From NCBI GenBank assembly GCA_965368975.1, contig CBDUPA010000026.1, forward strand, positions 1 to 64,000: DNA of 64,000 bases, read 5' to 3'. Under the pieces are notes generated by a model. That model was not told the DNA's origin. It did no database searches and was given only the letters and a program-made list of their open reading frames with translations. This DNA is from an uncultured bacterium (GTDB lineage: Bacteria; Acidobacteriota; Thermoanaerobaculia; Multivoradales; JAHZIX01). This document shows positions 49,194 to 59,004 of the stretch, piece after piece; the first letter of the stretch is position 1; each line of letters opens with the position of its first letter. A program made the translations under genes and the position numbers.

Positions 49194-51909
49194 ACGGGCA
49201 CCCGACACACCGGTGCGTCAGCGCTTGCCGGTGCGTTCGCTCGCGGTCTTGGCGCTGTTTGTCCTCTCGGGTGCCGGCTCGTTGATGGACCAGGTAGTGT
49301 GGCTGCGGTACCTGAGCCTGAGCTTCGGCAACACGACCTACGCTGCCGCGACGCTGCTCGCCGTCTTCATGGGCGGGCTCGGGCTCGGTGCGCTGCTCTT
49401 CGGTCGCTTGGCTGATCGGCTGCGGCGGCCCCTGGCGGTCTTCGCCGCGGTACAGGTCGGCGTGGCGCTGTTCGCCATGGCGTCGCCCTGGCTGTTCGAC
49501 GGTATCGACGCCGGCTACGTCTGGCTGTACCGCACCTGGGGCGCGCAGCCGCTGCTGTTCGCCGTGGGGCGCGCCGTCCTGGCCGCGTTCTTCCTGCTGC
49601 CGCCAACGTTGTTGATGGGCGGCACCTTGCCGTTGATCCTACGCGCAGTCACAGCGGCACCGGCGAGCGACAATGGAGTGGCGGGTACAACCGGAACCGT
49701 GCGCCACGATGTGGGGCGCGTGACGGCGCTGGCCTACGCCCTCAACACGCTGGGCGCCGTGTGTGGAGTCGCGCTTGCGGGTTTTCTCACCATTCGGCTG
49801 CTCGGCCTCTACGCGACCTTGCTGCTGGCCGCTGGCTTCGACCTGACGGCGGGCCTCGGCTGCTTGTTGCTGTCGCGGACGGTCGGACGTGAGGAGGAGC
49901 CGGCTCCAACCGACGCTGCATCGATCTCTAGCGGCCCTCCGGAGTCCGGCAACAAGCCTGCTCCGCCATCTCGACGCCTACGCTGGGCACTGCTCGGCCT
50001 GTTCTTTTTCATGGGTGCATCGAGTCTGGCGCTGGAAGTGCTGTGGACGCGCATTCTGGTCTTCTTCCTCGGCTCGAGCGTCTATGCCTACAGCCTGATG
50101 CTGCTGCTCTTCCTGCTCGGCGTCGGTGCCGGCAGCCTGCTCTTGACGCCGTGGGTCGACCGGCTACGCTCGCCTCTCGTCGCCCTGGCGGTACTGGAGG
50201 CGGCGCTGGGCGCCTGGGCGCTGGCGCAGGTCGGCTTGTTCCAGCACCTCAACGACCTGCTGGCCTGGACCGCTGAGCGCTCGCCCTGGCAGGAGGGCTT
50301 CTCCGCTCTGGTTCTGACCCAACTCGTTGCGCTGCTACCCGTGTTGTTGCCGCCGACGCTGCTGATGGGCGCCTCCTTCCCGCTGGCGGTGCGCGCCCTG
50401 CATCAGACGGACCCGGAGCGCGTCGGCTGGGACGTTGGCAGGGTGTATGGCGCCAACACCCTCGGTTCCGTCGTCGGCTCGCTGACCGCCGGCTTCCTGT
50501 GCATCCCGCTGCTCGGTACGCAGAACAGCCTGGTCGTCGTCGGTGCCGTCAATGCGCTGCTGGCGGCGGTGGTGCTGTGGATGCTGGTGCCCCGATCCCT
50601 CTCGAGCACGTGGCTACCTCGCGGCGCGCGCTGGGCTGCCGTGGCGCTGCCGGTCTTGATCGTCGCCTCGATTCTCTGGCTGCCACCCGATCGCGTGATC
50701 CTGAGCGCTGGCCTGTTCGCTGCCGACCGTCCGGGCGACCTGCTCTACTTTCACGAGGACGCCTCGGCAACCGTCACGATTCGCCGTCAAGGCACCGACC
50801 AGAACCCGTACGAGGTGCTGGAATTGAACGGTGTCAACGTCGCCGGCACCAGCTCCGATCTCTACGCGGTGCAGAAGATGCAGGGACACCTGCCACTGAT
50901 CCTGGCCGACGCGCCGAAGCGCGTGGCACACATCGGCTTCGGCAGCGGCGGCACCGCCTGGGCCGTGTCGCGCCACCCGGTGGAGGAGATCCGCATCATC
51001 GAGATCAGCCAGGCGGTGCTCGATGCGTCGGGCAGCTGGTTCGGGCACATCAACCACGACGTGCTCAGGGATCCGCGCGTGGTGCGCGAGATCAACGACG
51101 GTCGCAACTACCTGCTGGCCAGCGAGCGTACCTTCGACGCGGTGCTCTCTGACTCGATCCACCCGCGCTACTCGGGCAACGGCTCGCTCTACAGCCTCGA
51201 ATACTTCCGCCTGCTGCGCGCGCGCCTGGAACCGGGTGGCGTCGCGTCCATGTGGTTGCCCACCTACGCCCTGACGCCGCGCAACTTTCAGATGGTGGTC
51301 AAGGCCTTCGCCGAGGTCTTCGCCGAGCCGACCGTATGGTACGAACCGTCGGCGCTCAACTCCTTTACCATCGTCACCGGCCGCGTCGAAGACACGGACG
51401 GCCGCGTGCGTCCCTGGAACCCTCGGCAGCTGCAGCGGGTCTTCCACGACCCACGGGTGAGCGGCGAACTGGCCGACCTGGGTGTACACGGTCCGGCGGA
51501 AGTGCTGGGGTGTTACGTCTTGGGTGGCGATCGGCTGCGTGCCTGGCTGGCCGACGTGCCGCCGCACACGGACGACCTACCGGCGGTGGAGTACGAGAGT
51601 GGCACCCTGGTGCTGCGCGACTTCACCTGGCTCGTCACCTTCACCAAATTGCTCGAACAGCGACCGGCGTCAGTACCGGCGCGCTACTTGGAGGGTCTGG
51701 ACATCGCTGAGCAAGCCCGCGCCCAAGAGGTCTACGATGCCTACGGTCGACGCATGCAGGAACACCGCGAGCTGCTGCTGAGTGGCATGGCCCGCGCTCT
51801 TGGGCTGCGTCGTGACCAACTACCGGTCGAGCTGTTCGGAGAACCTGCTCTCTTGGATTCCGGACAGCCGGGGCTCTTGGGTGAAGCCGGGCCGAGTGTG
51901 AGAAACTAG
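49183..51909 (+). CDS. Fused MFS-like/spermidine-synthase-like membrane protein
   Basis: Two repeats of the L..FG/GS..YA / PTLLMG..P / YA.NTLG membrane unit, then IGFGSGGT, EIS, NDGRNYL and FDAVLSD. Confidence 0.85.
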   Translation: MRPERAPDTPVRQRLPVRSLAVLALFVLSGAGSLMDQVVWLRYLSLSFGNTTYAAATLLAVFMGGLGLGALLFGRLADRLRRPLAVFAAVQVGVALFAMASPWLFDGIDAGYVWLYRTWGAQPLLFAVGRAVLAAFFLLPPTLLMGGTLPLILRAVTAAPASDNGVAGTTGTVRHDVGRVTALAYALNTLGAVCGVALAGFLTIRLLGLYATLLLAAGFDLTAGLGCLLLSRTVGREEEPAPTDAASISSGPPESGNKPAPPSRRLRWALLGLFFFMGASSLALEVLWTRILVFFLGSSVYAYSLMLLLFLLGVGAGSLLLTPWVDRLRSPLVALAVLEAALGAWALAQVGLFQHLNDLLAWTAERSPWQEGFSALVLTQLVALLPVLLPPTLLMGASFPLAVRALHQTDPERVGWDVGRVYGANTLGSVVGSLTAGFLCIPLLGTQNSLVVVGAVNALLAAVVLWMLVPRSLSSTWLPRGARWAAVALPVLIVASILWLPPDRVILSAGLFAADRPGDLLYFHEDASATVTIRRQGTDQNPYEVLELNGVNVAGTSSDLYAVQKMQGHLPLILADAPKRVAHIGFGSGGTAWAVSRHPVEEIRIIEISQAVLDASGSWFGHINHDVLRDPRVVREINDGRNYLLASERTFDAVLSDSIHPRYSGNGSLYSLEYFRLLRARLEPGGVASMWLPTYALTPRNFQMVVKAFAEVFAEPTVWYEPSALNSFTIVTGRVEDTDGRVRPWNPRQLQRVFHDPRVSGELADLGVHGPAEVLGCYVLGGDRLRAWLADVPPHTDDLPAVEYESGTLVLRDFTWLVTFTKLLEQRPASVPARYLEGLDIAEQARAQEVYDAYGRRMQEHRELLLSGMARALGLRRDQLPVELFGEPALLDSGQPGLLGEAGPSVRN

Positions 51910-51915
51910 CCGACG

Positions 51916-53760
51916 ATGCCGAACCGTTTCCCCGGAACCTTGGGCGGAGGTGGCGATACCTCCACTGGACTGGTCGCGCCCCCCGCTGGTGGCGCGCTGC
52001 CGGAACGCTATGGCCTGCGCGAGCAGGAAGAGGCACGTTTCCTGTACTGCAAGGAGACGCCGAACCTGAGCGTTGGCATCGACCGTAGCTACAGCGTCTC
52101 CGAGGCCGACGCGCGCAAGCTGGGCAGCCACGTCATCCTGCTCGACGGCGCCGGCCGCTTTCAACCGCTGCTCGACGACAACCAGCATCTCTACAACCTG
52201 GACCACCACAAAGGCTGCCTGCGCGCCTTCACCCTGGCGACCTGCGAGCAGGCGCTGGTACTGGTGCTCAAGGGGCTGGAACTCGAATCCGGTGACTGGA
52301 AGCTGTGGGCCAACGAGCCGGACCTGGACACGGTCTTCTCGATCTGGGTGCTGCTCAACCACCGACGTCTGCGCACGCTGCGGCCGGAAGCCTTCGACGT
52401 CATCGCGCCGCTACTGCGCCTGGAAGGCGCGATCGACGCCAACGGCTACGAAGTGGCCGAGTTCTGCGGCTTGCCGCGGCGCGTCTATGAGGACACCAAG
52501 GTGCTGCTCGACTCGCTTTTTCGGCGCGAGCAGGAGGTCAAGAACGCCGGCGAGTGGGAGAGCCAGGACCTGATGGCCTACACCGTCGACATGCTCGATC
52601 GCATCGATCACCTGGTCTACGAGCGCGCCGACTTCGAAGATTTTGTCAGCGTCGAGAAGGAATACGGGCACGTCGAGATCGGTGGCGGTAAGGTGGCGGT
52701 CGTGTGCCGCGACGAGGGCGGTATCTACGACGTCGAGAAGCGACTCAAGAAGGTGTGGGGCGACCGTCTGGGCGTGGTGGCGCTGGAGAAGAACAGCGGT
52801 CACTACACGCTGCGTCGTACCGCTTCGCTGTCCGGCATCGACCTGGAGCAGGCGTACGAGAAACTCAACTTGCTCGACCCGGCGGTCGACGGGCGGCCGG
52901 CGGAGAAGCGCTGGGGCGGCTCGGACGATATCGGCGGCTCGCCGCGACCCAGCGGCTCCAAACTGAGCCCCAACCAACTCGGCCGCATCCTGCGTCTGGC
53001 CTACAGCACGCCCGGAGCCTGGGCCGAGCTGAAGCACATCGCCATGACCACCCTGGTGACCGCCGTCTTGCTGCTGGCGCCGGGTCTGGTGCTCTACCTG
53101 TGGAACCGTTTCGATGGCGCCGCCGAGATTCCGATGGGATTGGCCGGTCGCTGCGCTGTCACCGCGCTGCTGATGCTCGCCGGAACCGTGCTACTCAGCC
53201 GCGAGTTCTCCAACCGGCGGCTGTGGCTGTTTGGCTGGCGCCACTTTGCCGGTCGTGACTGGCTGGTACTGGTGCCACCGTTGCTGCTCAGCGTGCTGGC
53301 CGGCGGTGCCTGGTGGCCGGGCCGTCTGCAGATCGGGGCCGAGGGGGGCGCTGTCGGTGTGGGTGGCAATGGCGTCGTGGCTTCGATCTTCGGCGTGCTA
53401 CTGCTCTTCGCCCTGGTGCAGGAGCTGGCTTTCCGTGGCCTGGTGCACGGCATGCTGCTGCTCGACGCGCGCGTGCAGCGAGTGGGCGGTGGCTGGTTCG
53501 TCTCCGGTCCCGTGTGGTTCGCCGCGCTGCTGTTCGCCATCGCCACCCTGGGCCTGAGCTTCTTCGACTTCGCCGGCGCGGCGCCGAGCGTCGCCGCCGT
53601 TCTCGACCTGGAATCGCTCGGCAGCGCGGTTGTCGCCGCTCTGGCGGCGCTGCTCACTGGCCTGCTGGCGGGGCTGATCCGCGAGCGTAGCCTGAGCTTG
53701 TGGCCCGCTCTGCTGACCGTTCTGACCGGCTACCTGCTGCGCTGGTGGCTTACGGGCTGA
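51916..53760 (+). CDS. DHH-like phosphoesterase domain fused to a degenerate CPBP (CAAX/Abi) membrane domain
   Basis: NLDHH, NEPDLDT and WGGSDDIGGSPR, then TM helices with QELAFRG and RERSLSLWPALL. Confidence 0.6.
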   Translation: MPNRFPGTLGGGGDTSTGLVAPPAGGALPERYGLREQEEARFLYCKETPNLSVGIDRSYSVSEADARKLGSHVILLDGAGRFQPLLDDNQHLYNLDHHKGCLRAFTLATCEQALVLVLKGLELESGDWKLWANEPDLDTVFSIWVLLNHRRLRTLRPEAFDVIAPLLRLEGAIDANGYEVAEFCGLPRRVYEDTKVLLDSLFRREQEVKNAGEWESQDLMAYTVDMLDRIDHLVYERADFEDFVSVEKEYGHVEIGGGKVAVVCRDEGGIYDVEKRLKKVWGDRLGVVALEKNSGHYTLRRTASLSGIDLEQAYEKLNLLDPAVDGRPAEKRWGGSDDIGGSPRPSGSKLSPNQLGRILRLAYSTPGAWAELKHIAMTTLVTAVLLLAPGLVLYLWNRFDGAAEIPMGLAGRCAVTALLMLAGTVLLSREFSNRRLWLFGWRHFAGRDWLVLVPPLLLSVLAGGAWWPGRLQIGAEGGAVGVGGNGVVASIFGVLLLFALVQELAFRGLVHGMLLLDARVQRVGGGWFVSGPVWFAALLFAIATLGLSFFDFAGAAPSVAAVLDLESLGSAVVAALAALLTGLLAGLIRERSLSLWPALLTVLTGYLLRWWLTG

Positions 53761-53767
53761 TACCGTG

Positions 53768-56700
53768 ATGTTCCGATCTCCTGCTGTCTGGTCCCTTCGC
53801 CGATCATCTCTATCGGCGGCACGTGCTGTACTGATAGCTGTATTGGTGGGCATCGTTCACCTGCCAACCAGCCCGGCCGCCGCCCAGGCATGGGATGAGT
53901 TTCCCGTGCCCGCCGATGGTCAGCGCCTGGCCGTGCCGTCGAGCCTGGACGGCCCGCAGTACAACTTCTTGCGCACCTGCCTGCGCGACAAGAACTCGAT
54001 CTCCGGCGCCAGCTACTGGGGCGCGGTGGTCAACAACAGTTCGCGCCGCGGTGATCCCGACGACGGCGAGGCGACGCCCTATGTCGACGCCCTGTACCAG
54101 GATTGGCGCCGTCGTGGCGTTGGTATCGAGCCACAGCGCCACATCCTGATCTTGATCGCGCTCGAGAATCGTGCTGTCGCCATCCACCCGGGAAGCTCTT
54201 GGGCTGATCAAAACTTCGATCCGAACCGCGTCGACATGGGCAAGTTCGGTGACTACATGCGCGACGGCAACACCGATCTGGCGGTGTGCAACCTGGTCGA
54301 GGCGATCGACACCTACCTGACCACCCTGGACACCGCCGGTCAGCCGCCGCTCAGTGTGCCGCAGCGCGGCGAGCGCCGACCCGCTCAGCCGGTCGGCGCT
54401 TTGCCCGCTACGGCCGCGGCTCCGGCCGAGTTGCCTGGTGGCTGTGTTTGGGGGCTGTTCTTCCTGGTGCTGCTCTTCGGCCTGCTGCTGGTGCGCGGTC
54501 GGCGTAAGGCGACAGCCAGGGAACGGGCCGAGATGGAGGCCGAGCTGGCACGCTGGCAAGAGCAGATCAACGCCGCCGGTCAGCGTCTGCTAGAGCTGGA
54601 GAACCAGCATCCTCTCTACCTACAGTCGGGCTCACAGCGTTGGGAGGGCGAAAGCGCCGAGCTAGACCAGGAATGCGCCGACGCCGTCAACCACCTCTTC
54701 CTGCTCTACTCAAAGGCTTTCGAGTTGTTGCAGGATGCTCAGAATCAGGCCCAACGTGCCAAGGGGGGCTGGTCCGCCAAGCCCTACAAGGACGTGTTGA
54801 AGACCCTGCGCGAGACCGTCGTGCGTTTCGAGACCGGCGAGGCCGAGCCGAACCGGCGTATCTTCCTGCCGCTCACGCGGGACTACGAGAACACCGCGCC
54901 TGGGTTGCTGCAGGATCTGGACAGCGCTTACGCCGAAGCGCTCGAACACCTGGAGTTCGTCGCCGAGGTTCAGCTACAGGCTGGCGCCGCCGCCGATGCT
55001 TGCAGCCGTGCTGCCGAAGCGGCCATGGCGGCGGCCGAAGCCCGCGGTGCACTCGAGTTGCCGGTCGAGCCGCTGATGCAGGAGCTGGAGCCGCTGCTGG
55101 CCCGGCGCGACGAGTTGCGTGCCCGCCTGGGTCGCGACCCGCTCGGCATCGGCGATGCCTTCGCCGAGGTCACCATGCAGCTGGACGCCGTGCGCGTGCG
55201 CGGCGAGCAGGGCAACGCGACGGTCGAGCAGCTGCGCGGTCCGGTCAGCGAGCTGGGCAGCCGGCTTCGCGCGCGCGTCGAGCACCTGCGCGGCCAGGGC
55301 GTGGCGCTGCGCGAGCCCGGCTTCGAGCCCGAAGTGCGACTCGACCACGGTAGTGCCGAGGCTGCACGGGCGATCGAAGAGGTGGCGGCTGGCCAGGAAG
55401 CCTCCGCCGTCGAACGCTTGCAACGCTTGCAGGAAGGGCTGCAGGAGCTCGAAGGGGAGATCGAAGCCTGGCACCAGGCACCCGAGACGCTGCCGCGGCT
55501 GCGTGCTGACCTGCAGCGCGACCGGGCGCAGGTGGAGCAGCGCGTCCCGAACGGTCGCCGCATCCTCGACGAACTTGCCGAAGAGCACGCCGCTGACGCC
55601 TTCCGTCGCGAGGCTGACAACCTGGACGAGCTCAGCCAGCTACTGACGCGGTTCGACGATTGGCAGGCGCAGATTCTGAAAGCCGAGGGAGCCCATCACT
55701 ACCTCGCGGCGTTGGCGGACGCCGAGGGGTGCCGCGGCTTGCTGGCGCAAGGCAGCGTCCTGCTCGACGAGATCGACAGCATTCACCAGCGACTCGAAGA
55801 TGCCCGCTCGCTGGCACTCGGCGATCTCGATACCCTGCGGCGTCAGCGTGGCGATGTGACGAACGCGAGCGGTCCAGGCGTCGACAGCGAGCTGCGTCGG
55901 CAGCTAGAGCAGCGGGCGTCCGAGGTCGCCGGTCTGCTCGACGCGGCCGACGAGGATCGCCCCAACTGGCTGCAGGTCGCTGCCGCTGCCGCTGCCACCC
56001 GCCAGGACCTGGAAGAGCTGCTCCAGCAGGCCGCCGAGCAGCGCGCGCTGCACGCGCAAGCGCGTGAACAGGCAGCGCAACTCGAGAACCGTTTGCGAAC
56101 CCTCGACCAGCAAGTCGAGAGCGAGCGGCGCGATCGCCCGCACGTGGCGCGCGCCGTCGTCGACGTACATCAGCGCTTCGATGATCTCGACCGTCAGCTC
56201 GACAGTCCAGAGGTTGCCGGCGACGAGCAGCTGCACGCCGTGCGCGATGCCGCCTCGGCCCTGGAGTGGGCCGAAGGGGTGCTGCGCAGCGAACTGCAGG
56301 CGATTCGCCTGGCCGAAGCCGAGCTGGACTCCGCGCGCGATGCCGTGCGGGCTCTCGGGTATCAGCACTTTGGCCACGGCGTCGCGGCCAACACCTCGGG
56401 ACCGAGTTCCGAGCTGCGGCGTGCCGAGAGTTCGGCGGCGTCCAACGATTGGGACGAGGTCCTGAGCGCGTCGCGGCGCGCCAAGGCCGAGGCCGAGGCC
56501 GAGTCACGACGGGCGCAGAGCGAAGCGCGCCGGCGCGAACAGGAACAACGCCGCCGGCTGCGCCAGCAGCGGCTGCAGCAAGCTGCCACCGCGGCTGCAG
56601 CGGTGGCGGCCATCGCCAGTTCCCAGCGCGCCTCCGCGGCGCCGTCGTTCACCATCAGCAACCCGTTCGGTGGTTCGTCGGGGGGGGCGTCGCGGCGTTC

Positions 56701-56809
56701 CAGCGGCTCCAGTCTGTCCACGTCGCGTTCCAGTTTCGGAGGCGGTGCGTCGAGCAAGGGTGGCTGGACACAGAGCAAGACGTCGCGCTCGTGGAACGCT
56801 CGCTGGTAG
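53768..56809 (+). CDS. TPM-domain membrane protein with long cytoplasmic coiled coil
   Basis: Signal peptide; ILILIALENRAVAI (TPM-like); one TM helix; ~700 aa of helical heptads; Gly/Ser tail SFGGGASS. Confidence 0.65.
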   Translation: MFRSPAVWSLRRSSLSAARAVLIAVLVGIVHLPTSPAAAQAWDEFPVPADGQRLAVPSSLDGPQYNFLRTCLRDKNSISGASYWGAVVNNSSRRGDPDDGEATPYVDALYQDWRRRGVGIEPQRHILILIALENRAVAIHPGSSWADQNFDPNRVDMGKFGDYMRDGNTDLAVCNLVEAIDTYLTTLDTAGQPPLSVPQRGERRPAQPVGALPATAAAPAELPGGCVWGLFFLVLLFGLLLVRGRRKATARERAEMEAELARWQEQINAAGQRLLELENQHPLYLQSGSQRWEGESAELDQECADAVNHLFLLYSKAFELLQDAQNQAQRAKGGWSAKPYKDVLKTLRETVVRFETGEAEPNRRIFLPLTRDYENTAPGLLQDLDSAYAEALEHLEFVAEVQLQAGAAADACSRAAEAAMAAAEARGALELPVEPLMQELEPLLARRDELRARLGRDPLGIGDAFAEVTMQLDAVRVRGEQGNATVEQLRGPVSELGSRLRARVEHLRGQGVALREPGFEPEVRLDHGSAEAARAIEEVAAGQEASAVERLQRLQEGLQELEGEIEAWHQAPETLPRLRADLQRDRAQVEQRVPNGRRILDELAEEHAADAFRREADNLDELSQLLTRFDDWQAQILKAEGAHHYLAALADAEGCRGLLAQGSVLLDEIDSIHQRLEDARSLALGDLDTLRRQRGDVTNASGPGVDSELRRQLEQRASEVAGLLDAADEDRPNWLQVAAAAAATRQDLEELLQQAAEQRALHAQAREQAAQLENRLRTLDQQVESERRDRPHVARAVVDVHQRFDDLDRQLDSPEVAGDEQLHAVRDAASALEWAEGVLRSELQAIRLAEAELDSARDAVRALGYQHFGHGVAANTSGPSSELRRAESSAASNDWDEVLSASRRAKAEAEAESRRAQSEARRREQEQRRRLRQQRLQQAATAAAAVAAIASSQRASAAPSFTISNPFGGSSGGASRRSSGSSLSTSRSSFGGGASSKGGWTQSKTSRSWNARW

Positions 56810-56859
56810 CTACTGTGTCCCTGGTCGCCAGCTAGGCCACTAGGCATGGGACTAGCAAA

Positions 56860-58887
56860 TCAGAGCGCCTGGACAACGCCCAGGCGCCGGGCCAGCCAAT
56901 AGACCAGCACGAAGTCGACTCCTGGTGGTCGGATGCCGATGTCCCGCGGTACCGCCAGGTCGCCGACGAGCTTGAACGGTGACCGCTGCCACAGGAAGTC
57001 CGTGCTCGGTCGCGCATCGACGGGCAGGGGCTGGCGGCTGATCCGCTCCTTGCCGCCGCCGGACAAGCCTGGATACCGTACCGTCTCCAGGCTGGTGTCG
57101 CCGCGGTGATCGAACGGTTGGAAGATCCTCGAGCGCTGCAGCCACAACGCCAGCTGCCCGCGGACCTCGTGCTCCAGCTCGGAGCGGGGCCGGCTGAGCA
57201 GTGCGGGTGTCTCGCCGAACAAAGCCAGTTCCACCAGGTTGAACCAGGCGTTGTCGTGGTAGCGCAGTGCCCGCCGCAGGACGCGCAGGGGTAGGGCCAT
57301 CTGCGCCCTCTGTTCTGGGTTGTCTTCGGCCAGCAGCAGGAGGGCGAGACCGTGCTCCAGATTGAACTTGTAGTACCTGTTGTGCGGGTCGAGCGTCTGC
57401 AGCCACGAGAACCACCACAAACACGGCGCCGCGTCCGCGATCCGCCCGTACGCGTCGGCGAAGGAGTCAGGGTCGAGGCGCTGGGCCAGGTGCAGAATGT
57501 AGAGGACCTGGGTCGGAGAGAAGCCGTAGGTGACGCTACTGCTCGGTGGTTCGTCGGCGTCCAGGCGCACCTCGGCCGGGGACCAGCCGTTGTTCAGTAG
57601 ATAGCCGGCCATCGCCAGTACCAGCTGCCTCGCTCGCTCGCGCAGCTGCGTGATGTGGTCGTCGGGTTCTCCTGGCTCGAGCAGCAAAGCTGCCAGGCCG
57701 GCGCCGAGGAAGGCGCCAGCGTACTGATCGCGAGTGATGTGCCCGAGGGCGCGAACGGAGTCCCCGGGGTCGACGATCGAGCTGGTCGCCAGCGAGCCCC
57801 CGCCGGTCACGGGTTCGCGGCTGTTGAACAACCATTCCGCCTTGCCGCGCCGTTCGATGTCCAGCTCCAAGGCTTCCAGTACCGGTGAGGCCAGCGGCAC
57901 ACGGACACGGCAGAGCTGGCCGGGGTCGACGGTCAGTCGGGTCAAAGTCTCCAGGCCGTCGAGCGCCCGCTCCACCGCACTGGCGGCCTCGTCCTCGCGC
58001 GTCACCACGAAATGCAGCACCTCCGCGGCCAGATAGTGTCCGGTCCAGATGGCACTGTCCTGAAACTGTACGAACGATGCCGGCGCTGCCTTCACCCTGG
58101 GAGCACTGAGGCGCAGTCCCAGCACGGTATTCCACGGCATGTGCTCGGCCAGGATGTGGGCCGACAGCGTGCGGGCGGTTCCCTCCAGGTCCACGGGCAA
58201 AGCGGGGTCGGCCACTGCCGGTGCTGCGGGTGCCAGGCCGAGTTGCCGGATCTCCTCGGCTTCCGGGTGTGGCAAGAGTTCCTGCAACGCCGCTTCGGCC
58301 TGTCCGCGCGCTACGTGCCGCGCCACCAGTTCCGCCGTTTCCAGCAGAAGCTGGAGCAGGGGAGTCTTGCTGCCGGAGTCGGGTGTCTCCAACTCGACCT
58401 CGAAGTCGACATGCAGCCGACTGTGCCGCAGCAGCTCGGCTTCTGTTCGCCGCGTCCGTCGTGCCTGCAGGGCCGCGTGGATGCGCAGGTCGCGCAACTG
58501 GATCGCCAGGGTGTGATGGTTTCCGAGCAACGGCAGCGAGCGCTCCACCTCGACCTGCACCGCCAGGCTCCAGGTTCCCTCGAGTGGCAGGCAGATTTCC
58601 AGCTCCTCTTGCGCGGCCGCTGGCAGATTGGTGCACCGGAGTCCGGGGGGCGGTTGTAGCTCCAATCGCAGTTCTCGGAAGCCCCGGATCCACTCCGTTT
58701 GCCGGCGCAGTTCGTCCAGGGCCAGGCTGGCTCGCTCGACCAGCTCACGCTGGCGCGCCGCCCAGACGCCTGCCAGAAAGTGGTTCAGCGCCGCGCTGGC
58801 TGCGGCCTGTTCGCTGTCGTTCACCGAGTGTTGGAGAAACGAAGAGGTTACTTGCTGCTCTCTGTGAAACAGGTCTCCGTCAGGCAT
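56860..58887 (-). CDS. Hypothetical protein with probable (alpha/alpha) toroid enzyme-like C-terminal domain
   Basis: Long ORF with typical codon use; DSAIWTGHYLAAE, RDQYAG, DFLWQRSPF and PGVDFVLVYWLAR motifs. Confidence 0.55.
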   Translation of the reverse strand: MPDGDLFHREQQVTSSFLQHSVNDSEQAAASAALNHFLAGVWAARQRELVERASLALDELRRQTEWIRGFRELRLELQPPPGLRCTNLPAAAQEELEICLPLEGTWSLAVQVEVERSLPLLGNHHTLAIQLRDLRIHAALQARRTRRTEAELLRHSRLHVDFEVELETPDSGSKTPLLQLLLETAELVARHVARGQAEAALQELLPHPEAEEIRQLGLAPAAPAVADPALPVDLEGTARTLSAHILAEHMPWNTVLGLRLSAPRVKAAPASFVQFQDSAIWTGHYLAAEVLHFVVTREDEAASAVERALDGLETLTRLTVDPGQLCRVRVPLASPVLEALELDIERRGKAEWLFNSREPVTGGGSLATSSIVDPGDSVRALGHITRDQYAGAFLGAGLAALLLEPGEPDDHITQLRERARQLVLAMAGYLLNNGWSPAEVRLDADEPPSSSVTYGFSPTQVLYILHLAQRLDPDSFADAYGRIADAAPCLWWFSWLQTLDPHNRYYKFNLEHGLALLLLAEDNPEQRAQMALPLRVLRRALRYHDNAWFNLVELALFGETPALLSRPRSELEHEVRGQLALWLQRSRIFQPFDHRGDTSLETVRYPGLSGGGKERISRQPLPVDARPSTDFLWQRSPFKLVGDLAVPRDIGIRPPGVDFVLVYWLARRLGVVQAL

Positions 58888-59004
58888 GGTGAGCGTCTCC
58901 TGAAAAAAATCAGAGATCGGAGTTGCTGTGCCAAGGGTTGTCTTCAGCCTAGCATGGTGTGCTGAAATCTGAGGTGGAGGGATGCGGGAGGACGCTGGAT
59001 CTCC

